Below are positions 50,701-64,000 of a DNA stretch of 64,000 nucleotides, piece by piece. A program made the position numbers and the translations under genes. Position 1 is the stretch's first letter. Each line of letters opens with the position of its first letter. The DNA is from Eledone cirrhosa (taxonomy: Eukaryota): the NCBI GenBank assembly GCA_964016885.1, contig OZ024744.1:100192001-100256000 (forward strand). Direction: 5' to 3'. The notes under the pieces are model-generated. The model made no database searches and was not told the origin of the DNA. It saw only the letters and a list, made by a program, of their open reading frames with translations.

Positions 50701-51342
50701 ACGAGAACTGTCATTATGACCCACACCTTTATAATCTTACTTCTATATACTCCCCACCAACAGACGAGAACTGTCATTATGACCCACACCTTTATAATCT
50801 TACTTCTATATACCCCCCACCTACAGACGAGAACTGTCATCATGACCCACTCCTTTATAATCTTACTTCTATATACTCCCCACCTACAGACGAGAACTGT
50901 CATTATGACCCACACCTTTATAACCTTACTTCTATATACTCCCCACCTACAGACGAGAACTGTCTCATTATGACCCACACCTTTATAATCTTACTTCTAT
51001 ATACTCCCCACCAACAGATGAGAACTGTCTCATCATGACCCACTCCTTTATAATCTTACTTCTATATACCCCCCACCTACAGACGAGAACTGTCTCATCA
51101 TGACCCACACCTTTATAATCTTACTTCTATATACTCCCCACCAACAGATGAGAACTGTCTCATCATGACCCACTCCTTTATAATCTTACTTCTATATACT
51201 CCCCACCTACAGACGAGAACTGTCTCATCATGACCCACACCTTTATAATCTTACTTCTATATACTCCCCACCTACAGACGAGAACTGTCATTATGACCCA
51301 CTCCTTTATAATCTTACTTCTATATACTCCCCACCTACAGAC
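41718..51342. repeat. Intronic satellite, 63/65-bp unit, about 150 copies
   Basis: Unit CACCTACAGACGAGAACTGT(CT)CATYATGACCCACWCCTTTATAAYCTTACTTCTATATACYCCC repeated head to tail. Confidence 0.98.
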
Positions 51343-51781
51343 AGGTGAGAAGAAAATTACTGTCTCGCTCAAGGAAAATACTAACCAACCAAAAGACAAA
51401 TCCTTTAGTAGTTTCAACCAATGAGAAAAAAATAGACGGACATGCAGCCAGCCATGCGGACATACAGACATGTAGAGAGACAGACAGAGAGACAGACATA
51501 CAGACAGACATATAGACATACAGACAGACATGTAGAGAGACAGACAGACATATAGAGAGACAGAGACAGACAGACAAACATACTGACAGAGACATACAGA
51601 CAGATACTGATGGACATATAGACAAACCGACTTAAAGACAGAGGCAGATTGACATACAGACAGACAAACAGATGAATATAAAGAGAGACAGATGGACATC
51701 GACATACAGACATAAACAGAAACAAAGAGAGAAAGAGAGACAAACAGACAAGTAGAGAGAAACTAGAATGAATGACCTTAC

Positions 51782-51847
51782 CATCTTCAGACAATGATCC
51801 AACAGAGTTGGCAGCCTTCTTTATAATTTCTTTTCCATTTTCACAAA
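51782..51847 (-). CDS. CLUH: CLUH coding exon (xCENGKEIIKKAANSVGSLSED)
   Basis: ttacag/gtaagg sites, 66 nt, phase 1 to 1; matches the CLUH 'A..AVGS.S' motif. Confidence 0.88.
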
Positions 51848-52230
51848 CTGTAAATAGAGAGAAAAATATATTTTATAGAAAAGCAGAGAAAACAAGTCAT
51901 CATTATCAACATTTAACACCCTCCACCACCACCATTTAACCACCAACCGACAGACAGACAGACAGACAGACAGTGTGTGTGCGTGTGCGCGCGCGTGCGT
52001 GTGTGTGTGCGTGCAACAGACTGGGAGTCTGCATCTCTTTTACATATGAGAGAAAGAGAGAGAGAAGAAAAGAGAAAAAAGAAAAAGAAAAAAAAGAAAA
52101 AAGAGAAGAGAAAAAAAGAAAACAGAAAAAAAAGAGAAAAAAGAGAAAAAGAGAAAAAAAAGAAAAGAAAAAAAGAAAAAAAAGAAAAAAAGAAAGTGAA
52201 AGGGAAAAAGAGAGAGAAAGAGAGACTTAC

Positions 52231-52324
52231 ATGATTCAATATTTCCATTAAGTGCTTCAACTATTTTTTTCACATCTGTTGCACTTTCTTCAGTTAAAGA
52301 ATCAGCTTTTATCACAGAATTTGC
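52231..52324 (-). CDS. CLUH: CLUH coding exon (ANSVIKADSLTEESATDVKKIVEALNGNIES)
   Basis: cttcag/gtaagt sites, 94 nt, phase 0 to 1, open frame; low-conservation linker region. Confidence 0.8.
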
Positions 52325-52357
52325 CTGAAGAGAAAGTAAGGATTATTATTATTCTCA

Positions 52358-55300
52358 TCTCCACCAATACCATCATAAACACCACCACAATCAACATCAC
52401 ACCATTACCACCACCACCATTACCAATACCATCAACACCACCACAATCAACATCACACCATTACCACCACCACAATCAACATCACACCACCACCAATACC
52501 ATCAACATCACACCATTACCACCACCACCATCACAATTAACATCACACCATTACCACCACCACCATCAACACCACCACAATCAACATCACACCACCAATA
52601 CCATCAACACCACCACAATCAACATCACACCACCAATACCATCAACACCACCACAATCAACATCACACCACCACAATCAACATCACACTATTACCACCAC
52701 CACCATCACAATTAACATCACACCATTACCACCACCACCATCAACACCACCACAATCAACATCACACCACCAATACCATCAACACCACCACAATCAACAT
52801 CACACCACCAATACCATCAACACCACCACAATCAACATCACACCACCAATACCATCAACACCACCACAATCAACATCACACCACCACAATCAACATCACA
52901 CTATTACCACCACCACCACCAATACCATCAACATCACACCATTACCACCACCACTAATACCATCAACACCACCACAATCAACAAATCCACAATCAACATT
53001 ACACTATTACCACCACCATCAACATCACACCATTACCACCAATACCATCAACACCATCACACCACCACCACAATCAACATCACACCACCAGTACCATCAA
53101 CACCACCACAATCAACATCACACCATTACCACCACCAATACCATCAACACCACCACAATCAACATCACACCATTACCACCACCACCACCAATACCATCAA
53201 CACCACCACAATCAACATCACACCATTACCACCAGCAATACCATCAACACCACCACAACCAATACCATCAACATCACACCATTACCACCACCACCATCAC
53301 AATCAACAACACACCACCACCAATACCATCAACACCACCACAATCGACATCACACCACCACCACCAATACCATCAACATCACACCATTACCACCACCACC
53401 AATACCATCAACACCACCACAATCAACATCACACCACACCATCAACACCACCACCATCAACACCACTACCACCAATACCATCAACATCACACCACCACCA
53501 TCAATACCATCAACACCATCACAATCAACATCACACCACCACCACCAATACAATCAACATCACACCACCAATACCATCAACACCACCACCATCACACTAT
53601 TACCACCACCACCAATACCATCAACACCACCACAATCAACATCACACCACCACCACCACAATCAACATCACACCATTACCACCACCAATACCATCAACAT
53701 CACACCATTACCACCACCACCAATACCATCAACACCACCACAATCAACATCACACCATTACCACCACCACCACCACAATCAACATCACACCACCAATACC
53801 ATCAACATCACACCATTACCACCAGCAATACCATCAACACCACCACAACCAATACCATTACCACCACCACCAATACCATCAACACCACCACCATCACCAT
53901 CAAAATCAACATCACACCACCACCACCAATACCATCAACACCACCACAATCGACATCACACCACCACCACCAATACCATCAACACCACCACAATCGACAT
54001 CACACCACCACCACAATCAACATCACACCATCAACACCACACCACCAATACCATCAACACCACCACAATCAACATCACACCATTACCACCACCACCATCA
54101 ATACCATCAACACCACCACAATCAACATCACACCATTACCACCACCACCATCAATACCATCAACACCACCACAATCAACATCACACCATTACCACCACCA
54201 CCATCAATACCATCAACACCACCACAATCAGCATCACACCACCACCACCACCACACTATTACCACCACCAATACCATCAACACCACCACCAATACCATCA
54301 ATACCACCACAATCAACATCAAACCATTACCACCAATACCATCAACACCACCACAATCAACATCACACCACCACCACAACAATCAACATCACACCATTAC
54401 CACCACCACCACCAAAACCATCAACACCACCACCAATACCATCAACACCACCACCACCACAATCAACATCACGCCATTACCACCACCACCAATACCATCA
54501 ACACCACCACAATCAACATCACACCACCACCACCACCACCACAATCAACATCACACCATTACCACCAGCAATACCATCAACACCACCACAATCAACATCA
54601 CACCATTACCACCACCACCATCAACACCATCACACCACCAATACCATCAACACCACCACAATCAACATCACACCATTACCACCACCACCATCAATACCAT
54701 CAACACCACCACAATCAACATCACACCATTACCACCACCACCACCACAATCAACATCACACCATTACCACCACCACCACCACAATCAACATCACACCATT
54801 ACCACCAGCAATACCATCAACATCACACCAATACCATCAACACCACCCCAATCAACATCACACCATTACCACCACCACCACCACAATCAACATCACACCA
54901 CCAATACCATCAACACCACCACAATCAACATCACACCACCACCACCACAATCAACATCACACCATTACCACCACCACAATCAACATCACACCATTACCAC
55001 CACCACAATCGACATCACAACACCACCACCACCACAATCAACATCACACCATTACCACCACCACCACCAATACCATTACCACCACCAACATCACACCATT
55101 ACCACCACCACAATCAACATCACACCACCACCAATACCATCAACACCACCAATACCATCAACACCACCACAATCAACATGACACCATTACCACCACCACC
55201 AATACCATCAACACCACCCCAATCAACATCACACCATTACCACCACCACCACCACAATCAACATCACACCACCAATACCATCAACACCACCACAATCAAC

Positions 55301-58300
55301 ATCACACCACCACCACCACAATCAACATCACACCATTACCACCACCACAATCAACATCACACCACAATCAACATCACACCATTACCACCACCACCACCAC
55401 AATCAACATCACACCACCAATACCATCAACACCACCACAATCAACATCACACCATTACCACCACCACCACCACAATCAACATCACACCACCAATACCATC
55501 AACACCACCACAATCAACATCACACCACCACCACCACAATCAACATCACACCATTACCACCACCACAATCAACATCACACCATTACCACCACCACAATCG
55601 ACATCACAACACCACCACCACCACAATCAACATCACACCATTACCACCACCACCACCAATACCATTACCACCACCAACATCACACCATTACCACCACCAC
55701 AATCAACATCACACCACCACCAATACCATCAACACCACCACAATCAACATGACACCATTACCACCACCACCAATACCATCAACACCACCACAATCAACAT
55801 TACCACCACCAGCACAACCACAATCAACATCACAACATTACCACCACCAACACCACCACCACAATCAACATCACACCATTACCACCACCACCATCAACAT
55901 CACACCATTACCACCACCACAATCAACATCACACCACCAATATCATCAACAGCACACCACCACCACCACCACAATCAACATCACACCATTACCACCACCA
56001 ATACCATCAACATCACACCAATACCATCACCATCACACCACCACCAATACCATCAACACCATCACAATCAACATCACACCACCAACACCACCACAATCAG
56101 CATCACACCATTACCACCACCACAATCATCATCACACTATTACCACCACCACCAATACCATCAACATCACACAACAACCACCACCATCAACACCATCACA
56201 ATCAACATCACACCACCAATACCATCAACACCACCACAATCAACATCACACCACCACCACCACCACCACCACCACAATCAACATCACACCATTACCACCA
56301 CCACCATCAATACCATCAACACCACCACAATCAACATCACACCACCACCACCAATACCATCAACATCACACCATTACCACCACCACCATCAATACCATCA
56401 CACCACCACCACCAATACCACCACAATCAACATCACACCATTACCACCACCAATACCATCAACATCACACCATTACCACCACCACAATCAACATCACACC
56501 ACCACCACCAATACCATCAACATCACACCATTACCACCACCACCATCAATACCATCAACACCATCACACCACCACCACTAATACAATCAACATCACACCA
56601 CCACCACCACACTATTACCACCACCACCACCAATACCATCAACACCACCACAATCAACATCACACCATTACCACCACCAATACCATCAACACCACCACAA
56701 TCAACATCACACCATTACCACCACAATCAACATCACACCATTACCACCACCACCACCACACTCAACATCACACCATTACCACCACCACCATCAACATCAC
56801 ACCATTACCACCAGCAATACCATCAACACCACCACAACCAATACCATTACCACCACCATCACCACCATCAAAATCAACATCACACCACCACCACAATCAA
56901 CATCACACCATCAACACCACCACAATCAACATCACACCACCACCACCAATACCATCAACACCACCACAATCAACATCACACCATTACCACCACCACCATC
57001 AATACCATCAACACCATTACCACCACCACCATCAATACCATCAACACCACCACAATCAACATCACATAACCACCACAATCAACATCACACCACCAATACC
57101 ATCAACACCACCACAATCAGCATCACACCACCACCACCAATACCATCAATACCACCACAATCAACATCACACCACCACCACAACAATCAACATCACACCA
57201 TTACCACCACCACCAATACCATCAACACCACCACAATCAACATCACACCACCACCAATACCATCAACACCACCACAATCAACATCACGCCATTACCACCA
57301 CCACCACCACAATCAACATCACACCACCACCACCACAATCAACATCACACCATTACCACCACCAATACCATCAACACCACCACAATCAACATGACACCAT
57401 TACCACCACCACCACCACAATCAACATCACACCATTACCACCAGCAATACCATCAACACCACCACCATCAACACCATCACAATCAACATCACACCACCAA
57501 TACCATCAACACCACCACCACCAATACCACCACAATCAACATCACACCACCACCACAACAATCAACATCACAACACCACCACCAATACCATCAACACCAC
57601 CACAATCAACATCACACCATTACCACCACCACCAATACCATCAACATCACACCATTACCAACACCACCAATACCATCAACACCACCACAATCAACATCAC
57701 ACCATTACCACCACCACCACCACAATCAACATCACACCATTACCACCACCACAATCAACATCACACCATTACCACCACCACCACCACAATCGACATCACA
57801 CCACCACCACCACCACAATCAACATCACACCATTACCACCACCACCACCACAATCGACATCACACCACCACCACCACCACAATCGACATCACACCACCAC
57901 CACCACCACCACCACAATCAACATCACACCACCACCACCAATACCATCAACACCACCACAATCAACATCACACCATTACCACCACCACCATCAACATCAC
58001 ACCACCACCACCAATACCATCAACACCACCACAATCAACATCACACCATTACCACCACCACCACAATCAACATTACCACCACCACCACAATCAACATCAC
58101 ACCATTACCACCACCACCACAATCAACATCACACCACCACCATACCATCAACATCACACCATTACCACCACCACAATCAACATCACACCATTACCACCAT
58201 CACCACCACCACAATCAACATCACACCATTACCACCACCAATACCACCAACACCACCACAATCAACATCACACCAACACCACCACCACCACAATCAACAT

Positions 58301-60612
58301 CACACCACCACCAATACCATCAACATCACACCATTACCACCACCAATACCATCAACATCATCACACCACCAACACCACCACAATCAGCATCACACCATTA
58401 CCACCACCAGAATCATAATCACACTATTACCACCACCAATACCATCAACGTCATCACAATCAACATCACACAACAACCACCACCATCAACACCATCACAC
58501 CACCACCAATACCATCAACATCACACCATTACCACCACCACCACAATCAACATCACACCACCACCACCACCACAATCAACATCACACCATTACCACCACC
58601 ACCACAATCAACATCACACCACCACCAATCCCATCAACATCACACCATCACCATCACACCACCACCAATACCATCAACGTCATCACAATCAACATCACAC
58701 AACAACCACCACCAACACCATCACAATCAACATCACACCACCAATACCATCAACACCACCACAATCAACATCACACCATTACCACCACCACCACCAATAC
58801 CATCAACACCACCACAATCAACATCACACCATTATCACCACCACCACAATCAACATCACACCATTACCACCACCACCACAATCAACATCACACCATTACC
58901 ACCACCATCAATACCATCAACACCACCACCACCAATACCATCAACATCACAGCATTACCACCACCACCACCACCACAATCAACATCACACCATTACCACC
59001 ACCACCACCAATACCATCAACATCACACCATTACCACCACCACCACCAATACCATCAACATCACACCATTACCACCACCACCACAATCAACATCACACCA
59101 TTACCACCACCACCACAATCAACATCACACCATTACCACCACCACCACAATCAACATCACACCATTACCACCACCACCACAATCAACATCACACCATTAC
59201 CACCACCACCATCAATACCACCACAATCAACATCACACCATTACCACCACCACCACAATCAACATCACACCACTACCAATACCATCAACATCACACCATT
59301 ACCACTACCACCACCACCATCAATACCATCATAACCACCACAATCAACATCACATAACCACTACCACAATCAACATCACACCACCACCAATACCATCAAC
59401 ACCACCACAATCAACATCACACCATTACCACCACCACAATCAACATCACACCATTACCACCACCACAATCAACATCACACCATTACCACCACCACCACCA
59501 CCACACCACCAATACCATCAACATCACACCATTACCACCAATACCATCAACACCACCACAATCAACATCACACCACCACCACCACAATCAACATCACACC
59601 ATTACCACCACCATCATCAATACCATCAACACCACCACCAATACCATCAACACCACCACGATCAACATCACACCATTACCACCACCACAATCAACATCAC
59701 ACCACCACCAATACCATCAACACCACCACAATCAACATGACACCATTACCACCACCACAATCAACATCACACCATTACCAACACCACCATCAACATCACA
59801 CCATTACCAACACCACCATCAATACCACCACAATCAACATCACACCATTACCACCACTACCATCAACACCACCACAATCAACATCACACCATTACCACCA
59901 CCACCACAATCAACATCACACCACCACCAATACCATCAACACCACACCACCACCACCACAATCAACATCACACCATTACCACCACCACCACAATCAACAT
60001 CACACCACCACCAATACCATCAACATCACACCAATACCATCACCATCACACCACCACCATCACAATCAGCATCACACCATTACCACCACCACCACCACAA
60101 TCATCATCACACTATTACCACCACCAATACCATCAACATCACACTATTACCACCACCAATACCATCAACATCACACTATTACCACCACCACCATCAACGT
60201 CATCACAATCAACATCACACAACAACCACCACCATCAACACCATCACAATCATCACACCACCAATACCATCAACACCACCACAATTGACAACACACCACC
60301 ACCACCAATACCATCAACATCACACAACAACCACCACCATCAACATCACACTATTACCACCACCTCCAATACCATCAACATCACACTATTACCACCACCA
60401 TCAACATCACACTATTACCACCACCACCAATACCATCAACACCACCACAATCAACATCACACCATTACCACCACCACCATCAATACCATCATAACCACCA
60501 CAATCAACATCACACCATTACCACCACCACCATCAATACCATCATAACCAACACCACCACCACAATCAACATCACACCATTACCACCACCGTCATCAATA
60601 CCATCATCACCA
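52358..60612. repeat. 8.2-kb low-complexity CAC/CAA/CAT modular array
   Basis: Shuffled modules CACAATCAACATCACAC, CATTAC(CAC)n and CAATACCATCAA; almost no G on the plus strand. Confidence 0.97.
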
Positions 60613-60687
60613 TCTGATGATGTCTTGCTCATACATTCCATTTTGGCCTGGTTTCTACAGCTGGATGCCCTTCATTATGCCAACCTC

Positions 60688-61830
60688 TTTACAGTGCAGG
60701 CTTGGTGTTTAACATTGCGTCAGCACTATAACTTTACAGTGGGGGCTTGGTGTTTATCATTGCGTCAGCACTATAACTTTACAGTGCAGGCTTGGTGTTT
60801 ATCATTGCATCAGCACTATAACTTTACAGTGCAGGCTTGGTGTTTATCATTGCATCAGCACTATAACTTTACAGTGGGGGCTTGGTGTTTATCATTGCGT
60901 CAGCACTATAACTTTACAGTGTGGGCTTGGTGTTTATCATTGCGTCAGCACTATAACTTTACAGTGTGGGCTTGGTGTTTATCATTGCACCAGCACTATA
61001 ACTTTACAGTGCAGGCTTGGTGTTTATCATTGCATCAGCACTATAACTTTACAGTGCAGGCTTGGTGTTTATCATTGCACCAGCACTATAACTTTACAGT
61101 GTGGGCTTGGTGTTTATCATTGCACCAGCACTATAACTTTACAGTGCAGGCTTGGTGTTTATCATTGCGTCAGCACTATAACTTTACAGTGCAGGCTTGG
61201 TGTTTATCATTGCATCAGCACTATAATTTTACAGTGTGGGCTTGGTGTTTATCATTGCATCAGCACTATAACTTTACAGTGCAGGCTTGGTGTTTATCAT
61301 TGCACCAGCACTATAACTTTACAGTGCAGGCTTGGTGTTTATCATTGCGTCAGCACTATAACTTTACAGTGCAGGCTTGGTGCTTATCATTGCACCAGCA
61401 CTATAACTTTACAGTGCAGGCTTGGTGTTTATCATTGCATCAGCACTATAACTTTACAGTGCAGGCTTGGTGTTTATCATTGCATCAGCACTATAACTTT
61501 ACAGTGCAGGCTTGGTGTTTATCATTGCACCAGCACTATAACTTTACAGTGTGGGCTTGGTGTTTATCATTGCGTCAGCACTATAACTTTACAGTGTGGG
61601 CTTGGTGTTTATCATTGCATCAGCACTAACTTTACAGTGCAGGCTTGGTGTTTATCATTGCACCAGCACTATAACTTTACAGTGTGGGCTTGGTGTTTAT
61701 CATTGCACCAGCACTATAACTTTACAGTGGGGGCTTGGTGTTTATCATTGCACCAGCACTATAACTTTACAGTGTGGGCTTGGTGTTTATCATTGCGTCA
61801 GCACTATAACTTTACAGTGCAGGCTTGGCG
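60688..61830. repeat. 45-bp minisatellite (about 25 copies) with degenerate continuation to about 62265
   Basis: Unit TTTACAGTGCAGGCTTGGTGTTTATCATTGCATCAGCACTATAAC, preceded by the SINE-B motif CTGGATGCCCTTC. Confidence 0.95.
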
Positions 61831-62283
61831 ATTTTTATATCATGGCACCAGCACTATCACTTTACTATGTTGACTAGCTGCATTTTATTGTGGCACCAAC
61901 ATTATCACTTTACAGAGTGAGCTGTATGCATGTTATTATGGTACCAGCACCGTTTCATTTCAGGAATGAAATGGATGCATTATATTGTGGCATAAACCCC
62001 ACCACATTACAGTGGGAACTTGGTGCATTTTATCATAGTGCAAGCATTTCCATTTTACAAAATATATTGGATACATATCGTGGCATTAGCACTATTATTT
62101 TATAAAGCATACTGGGTGCATTTTATTGTGGAACCAACACTACCACTTTATAGAATGGGCTAGATGCATTTTATCTTGGCACAAACACTACCACATTACG
62201 TTTTATTGTGGCACCTGCACTACCTCTTTACAGAGTGAACTGGGTGCATTTTATTGTGACCATAATCAGAGTTTGGAAAATAC

Positions 62284-62374
62284 CTGTTTGTTATCTTCTG
62301 ACTGCTTCTCAGTCTTTTCTTTTTTTGCTTTGAATTCAAGTGCTGCATTCCGCACAAATAACATATGTCTATTT
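62284..62374 (-). CDS. CLUH: CLUH coding exon, first visible (xNRHMLFVRNAALEFKAKKEKTEKQSEDNKQ); upstream exons lie outside the window
   Basis: tttcag acceptor and gtattt donor; resembles the CLUH 'EHRYLLFMKLAA' segment as recalled; ends in phase 0, matching the next exon. Confidence 0.85.
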
Positions 62375-64000
62375 CTGAAAAATAACAAAGACATCTAAAA
62401 TGGTGCATCAAAGAGGTTTTTATACATTAAACAAAACAATGTTGCTAATAATTGTTTCTACTTTTGGCACAAGGCCAGCAATTATCCCAGTGCATTACTG
62501 GTACTTTATTTTATCGACCCCGTAAGGATGAAAGGCAAAGTAAACCTCAGCGGGATTTGAACTCAGAATGGCAAGGGCCGTAGCTATGCGTCAAAGCATG
62601 GAGTCCGACCCTCTACCGATACTGCCAATCCAACGCCCTTATGTTGCTACTAATAACATTACTGACCAATATAAGACAAAATATAACTAGATTAATAGAA
62701 TAATTTTTAATTTAACCCTTTTAGTGTTTACATTACTCTATATTAACTATTACATTTTCGCAGTAAAGGCTTTATCGTACATAATTATCTCAATATTGAA
62801 TCTATGAGATTTTGATATCTATTGTGAGAGCAATATCTTAACATAAGCATGAACGGTCAGTTACAGCCAGTTTGAACAGAAAGAGGAGAGAGAATTCTGG
62901 CTGGATATGGCTGGTTTAAATGCTAAAGGGTTAAGCACGACATCTTAGAAAGGAGATCCACATTAGCAGTACATCTTAGGGTATTTTAACATTGAAAAAA
63001 TAAGTTACAAGATAGAAATATAGTAGAGATGTTGGACAGTGGTATAGACCAGCCTACTACAAATCATTGGTCAATGTGATGGAGTTGTGCAAGTAGATAA
63101 AATATAAGAGATAAGATACATTAACAGTTAGTAATAGGAAGGACATCCAGCCATAGAAAGCTTGGGAGGCTCCTTCAGTTGTTAAAACATGGCAACCTCC
63201 CTAGTGCTGGTCCCATGATAAAATGACTTGGTAAAGCAGAGAACTATATTAGGTGAGAATGCAGGCTGCTGGCCTATCTGGGAGGTCAGTAGCAGCTCTG
63301 CTTCAGTACTAACTCAGTCTCTGAAAACCTGTTCAACTTTTGACACCAGGGAAAGTAGACATTAAATGATGATGACTGTTGGACAATGTTATAGGTCAGC
63401 CTACAGCAAACCTGTGGTCACTGTATTGGAATTGTGCAGTAGATAAGATATAAGGTAAGATATGAGCAACAGACTAAGAAGTAGGAAAATAAAAGGTATC
63501 TAAGCATAGACAGATGTCTTTACTATAATACTGCAACTGTTCACAACAAACTGTCTGCAAGTAAAAAATACTATAAACATTTGAATTAACAAACTGTTAT
63601 GTTTTTTTTTTTTTTAGATATTTTCTAAATGTAGTAGAGGGTGACTAAGAAAAACCTGAACAGAGGTGGTTAGAGTTGATCTCAAATGCTGAACCACACA
63701 GATTAGAAGATAAAGGAAGACTACAAGTAGAGATATGAGATGCTGTGCTGATGATGATGGACCCATCCAATCCACACAAGCATGGAAAAGTAAACCAATC
63801 TAAACTATAATAAAGGAAGGTCTGTGGGATTGCGTATGTTTTTGTTTTTTTTTATCCCGTTGGTAAAATAAATTGAATTACTTTGAATAAATAATTGTTT
63901 CTACTTTTGGCACAAGGCCAGCAATTACCCAGTACATTACTGGTACTTTATTTTATCGATCCCGTAAATTTAGTAGATAAATTATGTAATATTCATTCAT

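Noticed and set aside
41718-51342. CRISPR array, or the many MTHTFIILLLYTPHLQTR / MGHDETVLVCRWG ORFs
   Set aside because: No unique spacers and no cas genes, and the context is a eukaryotic intron; the ORFs simply reflect a stop-free 63-bp unit
51913-52260. Lys/Glu/Arg-rich and Phe-rich ORFs
   Set aside because: Purine/pyrimidine low-complexity tract in a short intron; only 52231-52324 is exonic
52252-60494. Long His/Thr/Pro-rich ORFs (1166, 889, 647, 467 aa) as mucin- or extensin-like genes
   Set aside because: All three plus frames give the same shuffled peptides because the G-poor array rarely forms stop codons; frames shift freely and the array is antisense within an intron
60625-61629. 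334-aa ORF with a 15-aa repeat
   Set aside because: Translation of a SINE-derived 45-bp minisatellite

Overview
AT-rich, repeat-dense eukaryotic (animal) genomic DNA. The SINE/RTE/MITE repertoire suggests an octopus/cephalopod host, which is an inference. The window holds the 3' part of one minus-strand gene, CLUH/clueless (clustered mitochondria protein; central domain plus TPR region). I reconstructed 19 coding exons by hand, from 62374 down to the TGA at 5261; all are GT-AG and phase-consistent, giving about 690 codons. The 5' exons lie beyond 64000. The introns contain tRNA-derived SINEs, RTE/CR1/Tx1-like LINE fragments, piggyBac-, mariner- and pogo-type MITEs, non-autonomous Helitrons, a 9.6-kb 63/65-bp satellite, an 8.2-kb CAC-rich array and SINE-seeded 45-bp minisatellites. 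Most long ORFs in the track are repeat artefacts. The most unusual signal is a set of type I hammerhead-ribozyme folds. One lies on the CLUH sense strand about 3.2 kb past the stop codon (2040-2099), and its core can be sequestered by an adjacent inverted repeat. A second has a long extended stem I inside a 451-bp direct-repeat, retrozyme-like unit (31668-32337). Two Penelope-type minimal copies lie in introns. All folds were derived by eye and none has been tested.
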